From NCBI RefSeq assembly GCF_000175255.2, contig NC_017262.1:1860001-1892000 (forward strand): 32,000 nt of DNA, in the 5' to 3' direction. The DNA comes from Zymomonas mobilis subsp. mobilis ATCC 10988. GTDB lineage: Bacteria > Pseudomonadota > Alphaproteobacteria > Sphingomonadales > Sphingomonadaceae. Position numbers and translations under genes: made by a program. This document shows, one piece after another, positions 11,482 through 21,547 of this stretch. The notes under the pieces are model-generated. The model made no database searches and was not told the origin of the DNA. It saw only the letters and a list, made by a program, of their open reading frames with translations. Positions within the stretch are counted from its first letter, which is position 1. Each line of letters starts with the position of its first letter.

Positions 11482-11802
11482 GACTGAAGCCTTTTTCTTC
11501 GACTGAAAATCAAGTGGTGTCTCTGGCTGATGAGGTAACATGCCTGCTGTTTCAGCGTAGATTTCTGTTTCTTGTTCGGGATGTGCTTCCAGCCATTTTT
11601 TCTGTTCTATTCGTTCCAAAGCCCGCCGCCGGATATAGGCTTTCCCTAGAACATATCCGGTGCCAAGAATAAGGCCAACAGGCCCCAAACGGCGAATAGC
11701 GCCAACAACCAAAGCCCCTGCTACCAGATTCTTCAGACTGTCACCTTGGTCGGCGCGATTGATCTCAGCCTGCACCAACGTCTCGACAATCCTTGAAACC
11801 AT
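11464..11802 (-). CDS. Hypothetical small protein (112 aa)
   Basis: Continuous ORF in the gap between ppa and sspB; central glycine/hydrophobic segment LVAGALVVGAIRRLGPVGLILGTGYVLGKAYI. No family recognised. Confidence 0.6.
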   Translation of the reverse strand: MVSRIVETLVQAEINRADQGDSLKNLVAGALVVGAIRRLGPVGLILGTGYVLGKAYIRRRALERIEQKKWLEAHPEQETEIYAETAGMLPHQPETPLDFQSKKKASVKNNPA

Positions 11803-11920
11803 GCCTTCTCATTCCCTGAATGAAATTACAATAATAACCCGACCGGCAAGCGCCTTTTCTACATCATCGGTTTTTTGAAGAACGCAGAAAACTCTAAAAA
11901 GAGCCGTAAAATTTAAAATG

Positions 11921-11944
11921 ACCGAATTTTTATAAAAATTCGGT
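11921..11944. terminator. Perfect 24-bp palindrome, probable terminator of sspB (minus strand)
   Basis: ACCGAATTTTTATAAAAATTCGGT is its own reverse complement; lies 3' of the sspB stop in an AT-rich gap. Confidence 0.6.
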
Positions 11945-12024
11945 TCTTTCTCTGGGGCTATCCTGCTTTTTTGGCCTGTCTTACGACCAAACACAGGATA
12001 GCGATATTCGATAGACAGTAAAAT

Positions 12025-12516
12025 CTATTTTTTACGGCTGAAATCAACCGAAACGACATTCGACCCTTCTTCGATAGGTTTGGCTTCAGGCAATGGCCGT
12101 TTTTCCGGCTCCGGTTCATTCTCTTCCGAATCAACGACTTCTTCGAACTGGGCTTCAAATTGCAAGGCAAAGTGAACCGAAGGATCGACGAAATTGGTGA
12201 TCGCGGAATAGGGGATAACCAGATTGGACGGGATACCACCAAAAGAAAGACCGATACTAAAATGATCGGATTCTACGACCAAATCCCAAAAGCGATTCTG
12301 AATGACAATCGTCATTTCTTCAGGGAATCGGGCTAACAGATGCGGCGGTACAGAAACACCGGATGCCTGTGTTTTAAAGGTGATATAGAAATGATGATCT
12401 CCGGGGAGGCCGCCCTCTGCCTGTACTGTCCCTAAAACGCGACCAACAACAGCGCGCAGGGCTTCTTGGACGATCTCATCATACGGAATCAGACTGTCAA
12501 AGCTTTCCTCATTCAT
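12025..12516 (-). CDS. sspB: SspB-family ClpXP adaptor / stringent starvation protein B homologue
   Basis: [19 protein letters not shown]...[83 protein letters not shown] matches alphaproteobacterial SspB architecture. Confidence 0.88.
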   Translation of the reverse strand: MNEESFDSLIPYDEIVQEALRAVVGRVLGTVQAEGGLPGDHHFYITFKTQASGVSVPPHLLARFPEEMTIVIQNRFWDLVVESDHFSIGLSFGGIPSNLVIPYSAITNFVDPSVHFALQFEAQFEEVVDSEENEPEPEKRPLPEAKPIEEGSNVVSVDFSRKK

Positions 12517-12573
12517 AAAGCCTTAGGTGGACGTGTCAAAGCTATCGGTCAAGATGGGATTGAGTATATTTGC

Positions 12574-13194
12574 ATGAAAGCGCGGGTAGGCTATAGCGAT
12601 TTTATGCAGCGTATAGCCTCAATCCATCGTCAAACCGCCGAAACCGATGTTCATATCCACCTTAATCTGGATGGACATGGGCAATATAATGTCAAAACTG
12701 GCATTGGTTTCTTTGATCATATGTTAGATCAGCTTTTTCGCCACTCACTTATTGATTGCGATGTGACCGTCAAAGGCGATCTACATATTGATCCCCATCA
12801 TACTATAGAAGATTGTGCACTTGCTCTCGGGCAGGCTGTTCAGCAGGCTTTGGGTGACAAAGCGGGCATTACTCGCTTTTCTCACGCCTATGCACCTATG
12901 GATGAAGCCTTGAGTCGGGTTGCCATTGATATTTCTGGCCGCCCTTATCTGGTTTGGCACTCCGCTTTCACTCAACCACGTTTGGGTGATCTTGATACCG
13001 AAATGCTGGAACATTGGTTTCTAAGTTTTGCTCAAGGGGCAGGACTTACCCTTCATGTTGAAACGCTTTACGGGCGCAATAACCATCATATTGCCGAAAG
13101 CCTGTTCAAAGCCTTGGCTCTGGCTTTACGTCAGGCCGTTGCTATTGATGCAGGGAAGCAAGGCCAAATACCTTCGACAAAGGGTAGTTTGTAA
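12574..13194 (+). CDS. hisB: Imidazoleglycerol-phosphate dehydratase (start 12574 or 12604)
   Basis: [70 protein letters not shown] metal-binding motifs. Confidence 0.96.
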   Translation: MKARVGYSDFMQRIASIHRQTAETDVHIHLNLDGHGQYNVKTGIGFFDHMLDQLFRHSLIDCDVTVKGDLHIDPHHTIEDCALALGQAVQQALGDKAGITRFSHAYAPMDEALSRVAIDISGRPYLVWHSAFTQPRLGDLDTEMLEHWFLSFAQGAGLTLHVETLYGRNNHHIAESLFKALALALRQAVAIDAGKQGQIPSTKGSL

Positions 13195-13195
13195 C

Positions 13196-13837
13196 GTGAA
13201 AAATCAGGCATCTTCAACAGTCGCTCTTATTGATTACGGTGCGGGTAATCTCCGTTCAGTTGCCAATGCATTATTGGCATCGGGATTAGCTCGCGAAAAT
13301 CTAGTTGTTACCGCCAATCCCGATGAGGTTCTTCAGGCAGACCGTGTTGTTTTGCCGGGGGTAGGTGCCTTCGCTTCCTGTATGCAGGCGTTAAAGGCTA
13401 TTCCTGATATGGTGCCCGCTTTGGAAAAGGCTGTTCTTGAAAAAGGACGGCCTTTTTTGGGTATCTGCGTCGGCATGCAGCTTCTCGCTGACCAAGGTGA
13501 AGAATATGGTGTCCATCAAGGTTTGGGTTGGATCAAAGGCAAGGTAACACCACTCCGCCCGAATGATCCTTCTTGTAAGGTGCCTCATATGGGATGGAAC
13601 CAGATTGGGCTGACCACAGATTCGCATCCTCTTCTTCGGGCGGGTGAAGCCTATTTTCTGCATAGCTACGCTTTTGTGCCAGAAGACGAATCGACCTTAT
13701 TAGCGACAACTGAACATGGCGGTCTTGTGACGGCCGCAGTCGGACGGGATAATATTATGGGTGTCCAATTCCACCCTGAAAAAAGCCAGAGCTATGGTCT
13801 AGAGTTTCTGTCCCGTTTTCTGGACTGGAATCCCTAA
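13196..13837 (+). CDS. hisH: Imidazole glycerol phosphate synthase subunit HisH (GTG start)
   Basis: VALIDYGAGNLRSVANAL, GVCxGMQLL variant GICVGMQLLAD, GVQFHPEKSQSYG class I amidotransferase triad; the family N-terminus begins at GTG 13196, not at track start 13028. Confidence 0.95.
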   Translation: MKNQASSTVALIDYGAGNLRSVANALLASGLARENLVVTANPDEVLQADRVVLPGVGAFASCMQALKAIPDMVPALEKAVLEKGRPFLGICVGMQLLADQGEEYGVHQGLGWIKGKVTPLRPNDPSCKVPHMGWNQIGLTTDSHPLLRAGEAYFLHSYAFVPEDESTLLATTEHGGLVTAAVGRDNIMGVQFHPEKSQSYGLEFLSRFLDWNP

Positions 13838-13941
13838 TAGAACGCACATCTTGCCAGATAGATGATACTGTCTGGCTTCCCCCTTTATCTTTTATGTCCC
13901 CCCATCAAAAGAACATAAAAGAACGGATATTGGAGAAATCC

Positions 13942-14694
13942 ATGACGGATTCACTGATTATTTTTCCTGCCATTGATCTGAAAGAAGGTCATGTTGTTCG
14001 CCTGTCCGAAGGCGATATGGATCGTGCTACCATTTATGATGATGATCCAGCCGCTCGCGCCCGCCAATTTTATGAGGCGGGTGCCCGTTATTTGCATGTA
14101 GTTGATCTTGACGGTGCTTTTGCCGGCCATGCCATGAACGCGGCGGCGGTTGACGCTATTGTAAAGGCCTTTCCCGGCACTATCGAACTTGGCGGTGGTA
14201 TTCGGGATATGAACGCGATTGATGGCTGGCTTTCTCGGGGCATCAGCCGCGTTGTCATTGGGACAGCGGCTTTTGAAAACCCTGATCTAGTGAAGGAAGC
14301 CGCCCAAAAATATCCGGGACAGATCGTGGTCGCGGTCGATGCACGTGATGGTATGGTCACTACCAAAGGTTGGGCAGAGCAGTCAGAAATTTCTGTCACT
14401 GATATGGCTGAACGTTTTGCTGACGCAGGTGTCGTTGCATTACTTTACACGGATGTGGGTCGGGATGGCTTAAAAAAGGGCTGTAACAGCGAGGCCACCT
14501 TAGCTTTGGCCGCCGCAACGGACATTCCGGTTATTGCCAGCGGTGGGGTCAAAGATATTGGTGATATCGAATTGCTGGCACGCCATACAAAAGACGGCAT
14601 CGAAGGTGTTATCTGTGGTCGAGCTATTTATGACGGCTCACTTGATCTGAAAGCGGCTTTAGCTATTGCCCGCCAAGGAGGAGCTAGCGCATGA
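13942..14694 (+). CDS. hisA: 1-(5-phosphoribosyl)-5-[(5-phosphoribosylamino)methylideneamino]imidazole-4-carboxamide isomerase
   Basis: [53 protein letters not shown]; TTGGAGAAATCC SD before ATG 13942. Confidence 0.97.
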   Translation: MTDSLIIFPAIDLKEGHVVRLSEGDMDRATIYDDDPAARARQFYEAGARYLHVVDLDGAFAGHAMNAAAVDAIVKAFPGTIELGGGIRDMNAIDGWLSRGISRVVIGTAAFENPDLVKEAAQKYPGQIVVAVDARDGMVTTKGWAEQSEISVTDMAERFADAGVVALLYTDVGRDGLKKGCNSEATLALAAATDIPVIASGGVKDIGDIELLARHTKDGIEGVICGRAIYDGSLDLKAALAIARQGGASA

Positions 14695-15458
14695 CCCTTT
14701 GTACCCGAATTATCCCTTGTCTGGATGTTGCCGATGGGCGGGTCGTGAAAGGCGTTAATTTTACCGATTTAATGGATGCAGGCGATCCAGTCGAGCAAGC
14801 CAAAGTCTATGATGCTGCTGGGGCTGACGAATTATGCTTTCTGGACATTTCGGCCAGCCATGAAGGGCGCGGCACTATGCTGGATGTCGTCGCTCGTACG
14901 GCTGAAGTCTGTTTTATGCCCCTCACAGTTGGCGGCGGCGTGCGTCAGGTTGAAGATGCTCGTGCTTTGCTATTAGCTGGAGCTGACAAAGTCGCCGTTA
15001 ATTCCGCTGCTGTCACTCGACCAGAATTGGTCGCAGAGATTGCTGACCGTTTCGGGGCGCAATGTGTGGTTGCTGCCATTGATGCTCGTCGTAATGGCGA
15101 TCATTGGGAAGTCTATACCCATGGCGGTCGTCGTCCGACGGGTATCAACGCGCTCGATCATGCCCTTAATTTGACGCGTTTGGGAGCAGGTGAAATCCTT
15201 CTGACTTCCATGGATAAGGACGGGACCAGAGACGGCTATGATCTGGAATTAACGCGTCTGGTTGCTGATTCCGTGCCCGTTCCTGTTATTGCCAGTGGTG
15301 GGGTTGGGAATCTCGATCATATGGTCGAAGGGGTGACCAAAGGTCATGCCAGCGCGTTGCTCGCTGCCTCTATTTTTCATTTTGGCCAATATAGCTTGGC
15401 AGAAGCCCATGAAGCCTTGGCAAAGGCTGGATTAACCGTGCGGCATCCGCCCGAATAA
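14691..15458 (+). CDS. hisF: Imidazole glycerol phosphate synthase subunit HisF
   Basis: [57 protein letters not shown]; overlaps hisA stop by ATGA. Confidence 0.98.
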   Translation: MTLCTRIIPCLDVADGRVVKGVNFTDLMDAGDPVEQAKVYDAAGADELCFLDISASHEGRGTMLDVVARTAEVCFMPLTVGGGVRQVEDARALLLAGADKVAVNSAAVTRPELVAEIADRFGAQCVVAAIDARRNGDHWEVYTHGGRRPTGINALDHALNLTRLGAGEILLTSMDKDGTRDGYDLELTRLVADSVPVPVIASGGVGNLDHMVEGVTKGHASALLAASIFHFGQYSLAEAHEALAKAGLTVRHPPE

Positions 15459-15563
15459 CCGATTAATCCACGTTTAAGGTGGGTTACTCTTAACAAGGTT
15501 ACTTCCCGTTTTTTAAAATAGCCTGTTCAAAAAGGGCAGGGGATAAAGAAAGACAAAAATGTT

Positions 15564-15887
15564 ATGTCTGAAGAAACATTAGCCTATATCGAATCCGTTA
15601 TTGCTGAACGGCGCAAAGCCTCTCCAGAAGATTCCTATGTTTCTTCTCTCTTTCATCGTGGCACTGCCCATATCGCCCAGAAAGTCGGCGAAGAAGCCGT
15701 AGAAACTGTTATTGCGGCCTTGGCTCAAGATAAAAAATCACTGGAGAGTGAAGCGGCTGATCTCATTTTTCATCTAGCTGTTTTATTAGCTGACCGTGGT
15801 AGCAGCTTTGAAAATGTCTTTTCGGAATTAAGACGACGTGAAGGCGTCTCCGGTCATGCTGAAAAAGCGGCACGACCAAAATCCTAA
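15564..15887 (+). CDS. hisE: Phosphoribosyl-ATP pyrophosphatase
   Basis: SYVSSLFHRGTAHIAQKVGEEAVETVIAALAQDKKSLESEAADLIFHLAVLLAD is the HisE/MazG-like core; completes the his block. Confidence 0.95.
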   Translation: MSEETLAYIESVIAERRKASPEDSYVSSLFHRGTAHIAQKVGEEAVETVIAALAQDKKSLESEAADLIFHLAVLLADRGSSFENVFSELRRREGVSGHAEKAARPKS

Positions 15888-15901
15888 ATAATAGAATAGC
15901 G

Positions 15902-15945
15902 AATAAAGCCGGTCTTCCCAAGATCGGCTTTATTTATATTCTTTT
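15902..15945 (+). terminator. Terminator-like hairpin after hisE
   Basis: AATAAAGCCG (15902-15911) / CGGCTTTATT (15924-15933) followed by TATATTCTTTT. Confidence 0.7.
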
Positions 15946-16032
15946 GTATAATCAGAATAAGAATTAAGACCTTTTTTAAGAAATTTATTATCAATATTTT
16001 TAAAAATTTCTTTTATCTGAAAGGAACGAATA

Positions 16033-16410
16033 ATGACTGTCGATATTCATCAACCCTATGATGATAACAATATCTTTGCCCGCATTATTCGCGGTGAAAT
16101 CCCTTGCAAAAAGGTCTTTGAAAACGACCAAGTATTGGCCTTTCATGATATCAATCCTCAGGCGCCTGTTCATATCTTGGTTATTCCCAAAGGGCGCTAT
16201 GTTTCATGGGATGATTTTTCTGAAAAGGCTTCAGATACAGAGATTGCTGCTTTAACGCAGGCAGTGGGTCAGATCAGCCGCGATCCAGCCTTAAACAACG
16301 GCTATCGGCTGATTGTGAATTGTGGCCATGATGCAGACCAGTTGGTGCCACATTTACATATTCATATTTTATCCGGCAAAGAATTGGGTGCCAAGCTCAT
16401 CCAGTCATAA
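16033..16410 (+). CDS. HIT family (histidine triad) nucleotide-binding protein
   Basis: IFARIIRGEIPCKKVFEND, VHILVIPKGRY, and the histidine triad LVPHLHIHILSGKELG. Confidence 0.94.
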   Translation: MTVDIHQPYDDNNIFARIIRGEIPCKKVFENDQVLAFHDINPQAPVHILVIPKGRYVSWDDFSEKASDTEIAALTQAVGQISRDPALNNGYRLIVNCGHDADQLVPHLHIHILSGKELGAKLIQS

Positions 16411-16741
16411 TTCGCAATATTTTGCAATAAAAGGCTTATTTCGTTTTTGGTTTAAATTTTATTTGATCAAAATCAAAATAAGCCTTATGTAATAATAATA
16501 TTATAATATTGTATCAGCTGGATATAGTCTTTCCTTACTATCAGGAGGATGAAAAGAACTAGATTATGTCAGAAAAGACGCTTTTTCTCTTGCCAGCTGT
16601 CGGGAAACGCCTTCTATTGTCTATCGAGGTGGGTCGTTCGGGCTAACTATTTGAGAACATCAATTAAATTTGGCCTGGAACGGTTAATCTATAGATAAAA
16701 TCAAAGTGCGGTACAGACCGCTTCTTATCGGGGGATAATGA

Positions 16742-18238
16742 ATGATATTCGGGCGTGTGAAGCCTCTCGACGCCATTTTAGAAACAGCTAAAAAGAAATC
16801 TCTCCATCGTTCTTTAGGCGCTTTTCAGCTAACTATGCTGGGTATTGGCGCTATTATCGGTACCGGTATTTTTGTGTTAACGGCGGAAGCCGCACAAAAA
16901 GCAGGCCCCGGAATGATGTTGAGCTTTATTATTGCTGCCTGCGTTTGTGGGGTGGCAGCTTTTTGCTATGCTGAAATGGCCGCTATGGTACCCGTATCAG
17001 GGTCAGCTTATACCTATAGCTATGCCGTCATGGGCGAACTTGTTGCATGGATGGTCGGCTGGGCGCTTATTCTTGAATATGCTGTGGCGGCCAGTGCGGT
17101 TTCTGTCGGTTGGTCAGGCTATGTTGTCGGTTTAATTGAGCATCTAACAGGCTCTCATTTACCAGCTTCCGTCCTTGTTTTTACCAAAGGGCCTTTTAAT
17201 GGCGGTATTATCAACCTTCCCGCTGCCTTTATTGCTCTTTTAATCATGTCTTTATTGATACGTGGTACCAAAGAAAGCGCTACTGCCAGCGCTATTCTGG
17301 TTGTTATCAAAATAACGGCACTTTCTCTTTTTATCTTTTTGGCTATTCCAGCTATGAAGATAGAAAATTTTCATCCTTTCGCACCTTTGGGTTTTTCAGG
17401 TATATCTGCGGCGGCGGCTTCTATCTTTTTTGCCTATGTCGGTTTTGATGCTGTTTCTACGGCAGCCGAAGAAACCAAGGATCCTCAACGGAATATGCCG
17501 ATTGGCTTGGTCGGCTCACTTGCTATTTGTACTTTGTTTTATATGTTGGTTTCGGCAGGCGTTATTGGTGGCGTGGGGGCGCAACCTGTTTTTGATGCCG
17601 CTCATCAGCATGCGTTACCCGCAGGTAGTAGTGAAATGGCAGCCGCCTGTTCTACTCTGAAAGACAGCCATGTCGTCTGCTCTAATGAAGCCTTAGCATG
17701 GAGCCTTCGTAAAATCGGATGGAATAAAGTCGGCAATCTGATTGCGTTGGCAGCCGGTTTTGCCTTGCCGTCCGTTATTCTGATGATGATTTTTGGTCAG
17801 ACCCGCATCTTTTTTGTGATGAGCCGTGACGGTTTGTTACCGGGATTTTTTGCTAAAGTGCATCCCCGTTTCAAAACGCCTTATATCGTGACTGTCATGA
17901 CCGGCTTGGCCGTTGCTACTTTTTCGGCTTTCTTCCCTGTTGGTATTCTTGCTGACATTTCCAATGCAGGCACGTTATTCGCGTTTGCTATGGTTGCTAT
18001 TGCTGTCTTGGTCTTGCGTCATACCGATCCGAAAAGACATCGGCCTTTCAAAACGCCTTGTATTTATTTGATTGCGCCTCTGGCCGCCTTGGGCTGTCTG
18101 TATCTTTTTGTCAGTCTGCCTTTAATGACATTAAAAATGTTCTTTGGCTGGACGGTCGTCGGACTGGTTGTCTATTTTCTCTATGGCTATCGTCACAGTA
18201 ATATTGCTCGCAATATTTCAGATGATGAAGAGGCCTAA
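16742..18238 (+). CDS. APC-superfamily amino acid permease (YfnA/CAT-like)
   Basis: LTMLGIGAIIGTGIFVLTAEAAQKAGPGMMLSFIIAACVCGVAAFCYAEMAAMVPVSGSAYTYSY signature and ~12 hydrophobic helices; GGGGGA SD-like sequence upstream. Confidence 0.92.
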   Translation: MIFGRVKPLDAILETAKKKSLHRSLGAFQLTMLGIGAIIGTGIFVLTAEAAQKAGPGMMLSFIIAACVCGVAAFCYAEMAAMVPVSGSAYTYSYAVMGELVAWMVGWALILEYAVAASAVSVGWSGYVVGLIEHLTGSHLPASVLVFTKGPFNGGIINLPAAFIALLIMSLLIRGTKESATASAILVVIKITALSLFIFLAIPAMKIENFHPFAPLGFSGISAAAASIFFAYVGFDAVSTAAEETKDPQRNMPIGLVGSLAICTLFYMLVSAGVIGGVGAQPVFDAAHQHALPAGSSEMAAACSTLKDSHVVCSNEALAWSLRKIGWNKVGNLIALAAGFALPSVILMMIFGQTRIFFVMSRDGLLPGFFAKVHPRFKTPYIVTVMTGLAVATFSAFFPVGILADISNAGTLFAFAMVAIAVLVLRHTDPKRHRPFKTPCIYLIAPLAALGCLYLFVSLPLMTLKMFFGWTVVGLVVYFLYGYRHSNIARNISDDEEA

Positions 18239-18322
18239 AACGAACCACGGTTCTCCTGCCTCCTCTGCTCTTAGCGGATAGGCAGCGGGCTAAAATTCAT
18301 TACCAAGAGAATACATACCCGA

Positions 18323-18358
18323 GAAAAAACGGCAGAGAATCAATCTCTGCCGTTTTTT
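18323..18358. terminator. Bidirectional terminator between permease and ppc
   Basis: AAAAAACGGCAGAGA / TCTCTGCCGTTTTTT strong GC stem flanked by A and T runs. Confidence 0.92.
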
Positions 18359-18382
18359 TGTCTTTAAAATAGGGTTGATGTA

Positions 18383-21040
18383 TCAACCGCTGTTGCGAAG
18401 TGCCGTCGCAATGGCATTGATTGTCAGCTGAATAGATTCGAGGATATGCGGGTTGGTATCACCTCCACGCCATTTCTTCAGCAATTCGACCTGTAAGTAA
18501 TTAAGCGGTTCCAGATAAGGCCGACGCATCTGCACCGAGTTATCAACCGCCGGAAAGCGTTCCAACAGCCAATTCTGCTGGGTTGCCTTTAACAGACCTT
18601 CACAACCTTTATTCCAGCCATCCGCGATAGAATCATAGATAGCCTCACCATTTGTCTGATCCTCAACCAAGGCCAGATAATGCTTGGCGATCGTCATATC
18701 GGAACGTGCCATCACCTGTTCCATATTACGAATAGTCGTGCGGAAAAACGGCCAACGGCTTGCCATTTCCTGTAACAGCTCGGTATCTTCAAAGTCATAT
18801 AAAGCCTGACCGAAACCGAACCAACCGGGTAACATGACCCGAACTTGAGACCAGCTAAACACCCAAGGAATAGCGCGTAGATCTTCAATCCGGTCGGATT
18901 TTTTGCGGCTAGGTGGGCGTGACCCGATCTTTAAAAGAGCAATTTCTGGCAAAGGCGTAAATTCACTAAAGAATTTGCGGAAGCCCTTCGTTCCATAGAC
19001 CAATTGGCGATAGGTCTGGAAAGCTGAATCTGAGATCTGATCCAAGGCCTTACGGTAACGACTAAACTCTGGCTCGACAATGGTCGGTGCTTCCAAAGAC
19101 GTAATCAAAGTCGCCGCTACGGCCTCATCCAGATGGGCAATAGCGCTTTCATGGGTGCCATATTTGGCCGCCACGACTTCACCCTGTTCTGTATAACGGA
19201 TACGCCCTTTGACGGCTCCGGCTGGCTGCGACAGAATGGCATTAAAGTTGGAACCACCACCGCGACCAACGGAACCACCCCGTCCATGGAAAAACTGGAT
19301 CTGCACACCGGCTTTTTCAAAAATCGGCACCAAAGCGAGGCAAGCCTTATAAAGACCCCAAACCGAGGTCAGATATCCGCCGTCCTTATTGGAGTCAGAA
19401 TAGCCAACCATCACTTCCTGAACGCCATGTGCCTTTGCAATGGCTTGCGCTTCAGGCAGCTTGAACCATTCCTCCATGACCTTTGGCGCATTTTCAAGAT
19501 CGGCCACCGTCTCGAATAAAGGCGCAGCTTCAATCGCCGCTTTTGGCTTGGCACCCCCTTGATACAGCCCTGCTTCTTTCAAAAGTAAATAGACTTCAAG
19601 AATATCGGAAATGCTTTCGCCATTCGAAATCAAATAAGTCGTAATGGATTCAGGGCCAAAAATTTCATGGGCGCGTGCCGCCGCCTGAATAATATCAAGT
19701 TCAGAACGCGTCTCTTCGGAATAATCGGCGCGCGGAACGAATAGAGTGCGCGGCTGCGACAATTCCCTTCTTAACAGCTTAACGCGATCTTCTTCCGATA
19801 GAGATAAATAATCGGCTTCAACGACGGCTGTCCGTAGCAGTTCATTGACAACTCTTTCATGAACCTGCGAATTCTGACGCAGATCGAGGGTAGCCAAATG
19901 GAAACCAAAGGTTTCAACCGAACGGATCAATGCCTTAAAACTACCTTCTGCCAATTTACCCAAGCCTTCGGCCAAGGTCTTCAAATCAGCCAGCAATTCT
20001 TGAGGCCGTTTATAGGCTTCTGCAGAACGCAAGGCTGGGCGCGAAGGGTTGCGACCGGCGATCTGACGATAGGTAGCGGCTAAACGGTCATAAATACCAT
20101 TTAAGGCACGACGATAAGGTTCATCCGCACGGATCGCAGCATCGTCACCACTTTTATCGGCTAGACGTAGAATATCATCGGATACCGAAACCATATCGGT
20201 TGAGACCGAAAGATTGGAAAGCAGTTTATCAAGACGGTTGAGATAATCCGTCAATACCGTTTCCGAGCTGCGCTTCAAAGACAGCATGATCGTATCGGCA
20301 TTGACATTGGGGTTACCGTCACGGTCACCACCAATCCAATTACCAGGTCTGATAAAGCTTGGAATAGAACTACCAAGCAATTTTTCCCATTCTGCATAAA
20401 GCTGGGGCAGAACAGGCAGAAAAGTTTCTCTTAAGAAAGACAGGGCAGTTTCGATTTCATCGGCTACGGTCAGCTTTTGCAGCATGAGCGGACGAGTCTG
20501 CCATAATATCGTGATTTGCTGGATTAACGCATCTTCGATCGGAAGACCATCTTCGGTCACCGTTTGTCCAGCATCTTTTAACCGCATTAAACCTGCAATG
20601 CGATTATAATGGTCAAGCATACTTTTCCGACGCACTTCGGTCGGATGTGCTGTCAGAACAGGCACAATGCAGGCTTTATCGATCATATCAATGATCGCCT
20701 GCTGACTGACGCCTTTGGCTTTTATGTCCTTAAGGGCACTTGCCATATTGGCATCAGGATCAAGGGCATCTCCCTGACGATCATCAGCCAAATTGGCCAG
20801 CATTGAAAACAGCAAAAAGGCATGTGCAAAAGAGAACATGTCATTAAGGTCAAGATCGGCTAAGCGAGAACTTAGCTCGGTGCTGTCAACAATACCCCGA
20901 TGGCGTCTAATCGCGGCAGAGCGAATTTGCTCGATCTGGTTGAATAAAGACTCTCCGCCTTGTTCCTTAATAACCTGACCGAGCAGGTTACCAAAATAGC
21001 GAAGGTCTGGGTTCTGATTAATTGTGCGCGGCTTGGTCAT
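18383..21040 (-). CDS. ppc: Phosphoenolpyruvate carboxylase
   Basis: 885-aa ORF with VLTAHPTEVRRKS, GNWIGGDRDGNPNV, GYSDSNKDGGYLTS, FHGRGGSVGRGG and C-terminal LTINAIATALRNSG signatures. Confidence 0.98.
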   Translation of the reverse strand: MTKPRTINQNPDLRYFGNLLGQVIKEQGGESLFNQIEQIRSAAIRRHRGIVDSTELSSRLADLDLNDMFSFAHAFLLFSMLANLADDRQGDALDPDANMASALKDIKAKGVSQQAIIDMIDKACIVPVLTAHPTEVRRKSMLDHYNRIAGLMRLKDAGQTVTEDGLPIEDALIQQITILWQTRPLMLQKLTVADEIETALSFLRETFLPVLPQLYAEWEKLLGSSIPSFIRPGNWIGGDRDGNPNVNADTIMLSLKRSSETVLTDYLNRLDKLLSNLSVSTDMVSVSDDILRLADKSGDDAAIRADEPYRRALNGIYDRLAATYRQIAGRNPSRPALRSAEAYKRPQELLADLKTLAEGLGKLAEGSFKALIRSVETFGFHLATLDLRQNSQVHERVVNELLRTAVVEADYLSLSEEDRVKLLRRELSQPRTLFVPRADYSEETRSELDIIQAAARAHEIFGPESITTYLISNGESISDILEVYLLLKEAGLYQGGAKPKAAIEAAPLFETVADLENAPKVMEEWFKLPEAQAIAKAHGVQEVMVGYSDSNKDGGYLTSVWGLYKACLALVPIFEKAGVQIQFFHGRGGSVGRGGGSNFNAILSQPAGAVKGRIRYTEQGEVVAAKYGTHESAIAHLDEAVAATLITSLEAPTIVEPEFSRYRKALDQISDSAFQTYRQLVYGTKGFRKFFSEFTPLPEIALLKIGSRPPSRKKSDRIEDLRAIPWVFSWSQVRVMLPGWFGFGQALYDFEDTELLQEMASRWPFFRTTIRNMEQVMARSDMTIAKHYLALVEDQTNGEAIYDSIADGWNKGCEGLLKATQQNWLLERFPAVDNSVQMRRPYLEPLNYLQVELLKKWRGGDTNPHILESIQLTINAIATALRNSG

Positions 21041-21547
21041 AAACCATCCCTTTGCCTAGCTTACCGAAGAGAGACAACCCATCTTCTGGCCTTATGCCTC
21101 AAAAAAATGGTTAGTCTTTTCGATTAGAAGTATCCTAAATTATTTCTTAAAGGCTTTTTTTGTAAGAATTACTCTATTGTATAATAATTATTTATTTTTT
21201 GGTTATAAAATAACCAAAAAGTCATTTGAAATATTGAATAAGAAAGAATCAATTCTATTTACTTTGAAATTTAGGGACAGATTCTGAATCGCCATTCTGG
21301 CTATGCTTAAAAAATTTCAGCTTCCCGATAAAAATATATTAAGATTATTTAATGGTTAGAAACACAATAAGTAGAAAAAATAAAAAATTTTACCCTATAA
21401 ACAATAAGATATGCATTGATATTGATTATTATTAATTATTCTTCTTTTCAAGAAGACAGCTTCGCTATCATCGCTGCAATAGAATTTATCAGAGCGATTA
21501 AAATTAGTTTCTATACCACAATCTTTTTTTCACTCATAAAGTAAGAC

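Noticed and set aside
11809-11994. 61-aa minus-strand ORF between the hypothetical protein and sspB
   Set aside because: It runs through the 24-bp palindrome/terminator and AT-rich intergenic sequence; no SD or family similarity.
13028-13195. N-terminal extension of the hisH track ORF
   Set aside because: This stretch overlaps the hisB coding region in another frame; HisH homology begins at GTG 13196.
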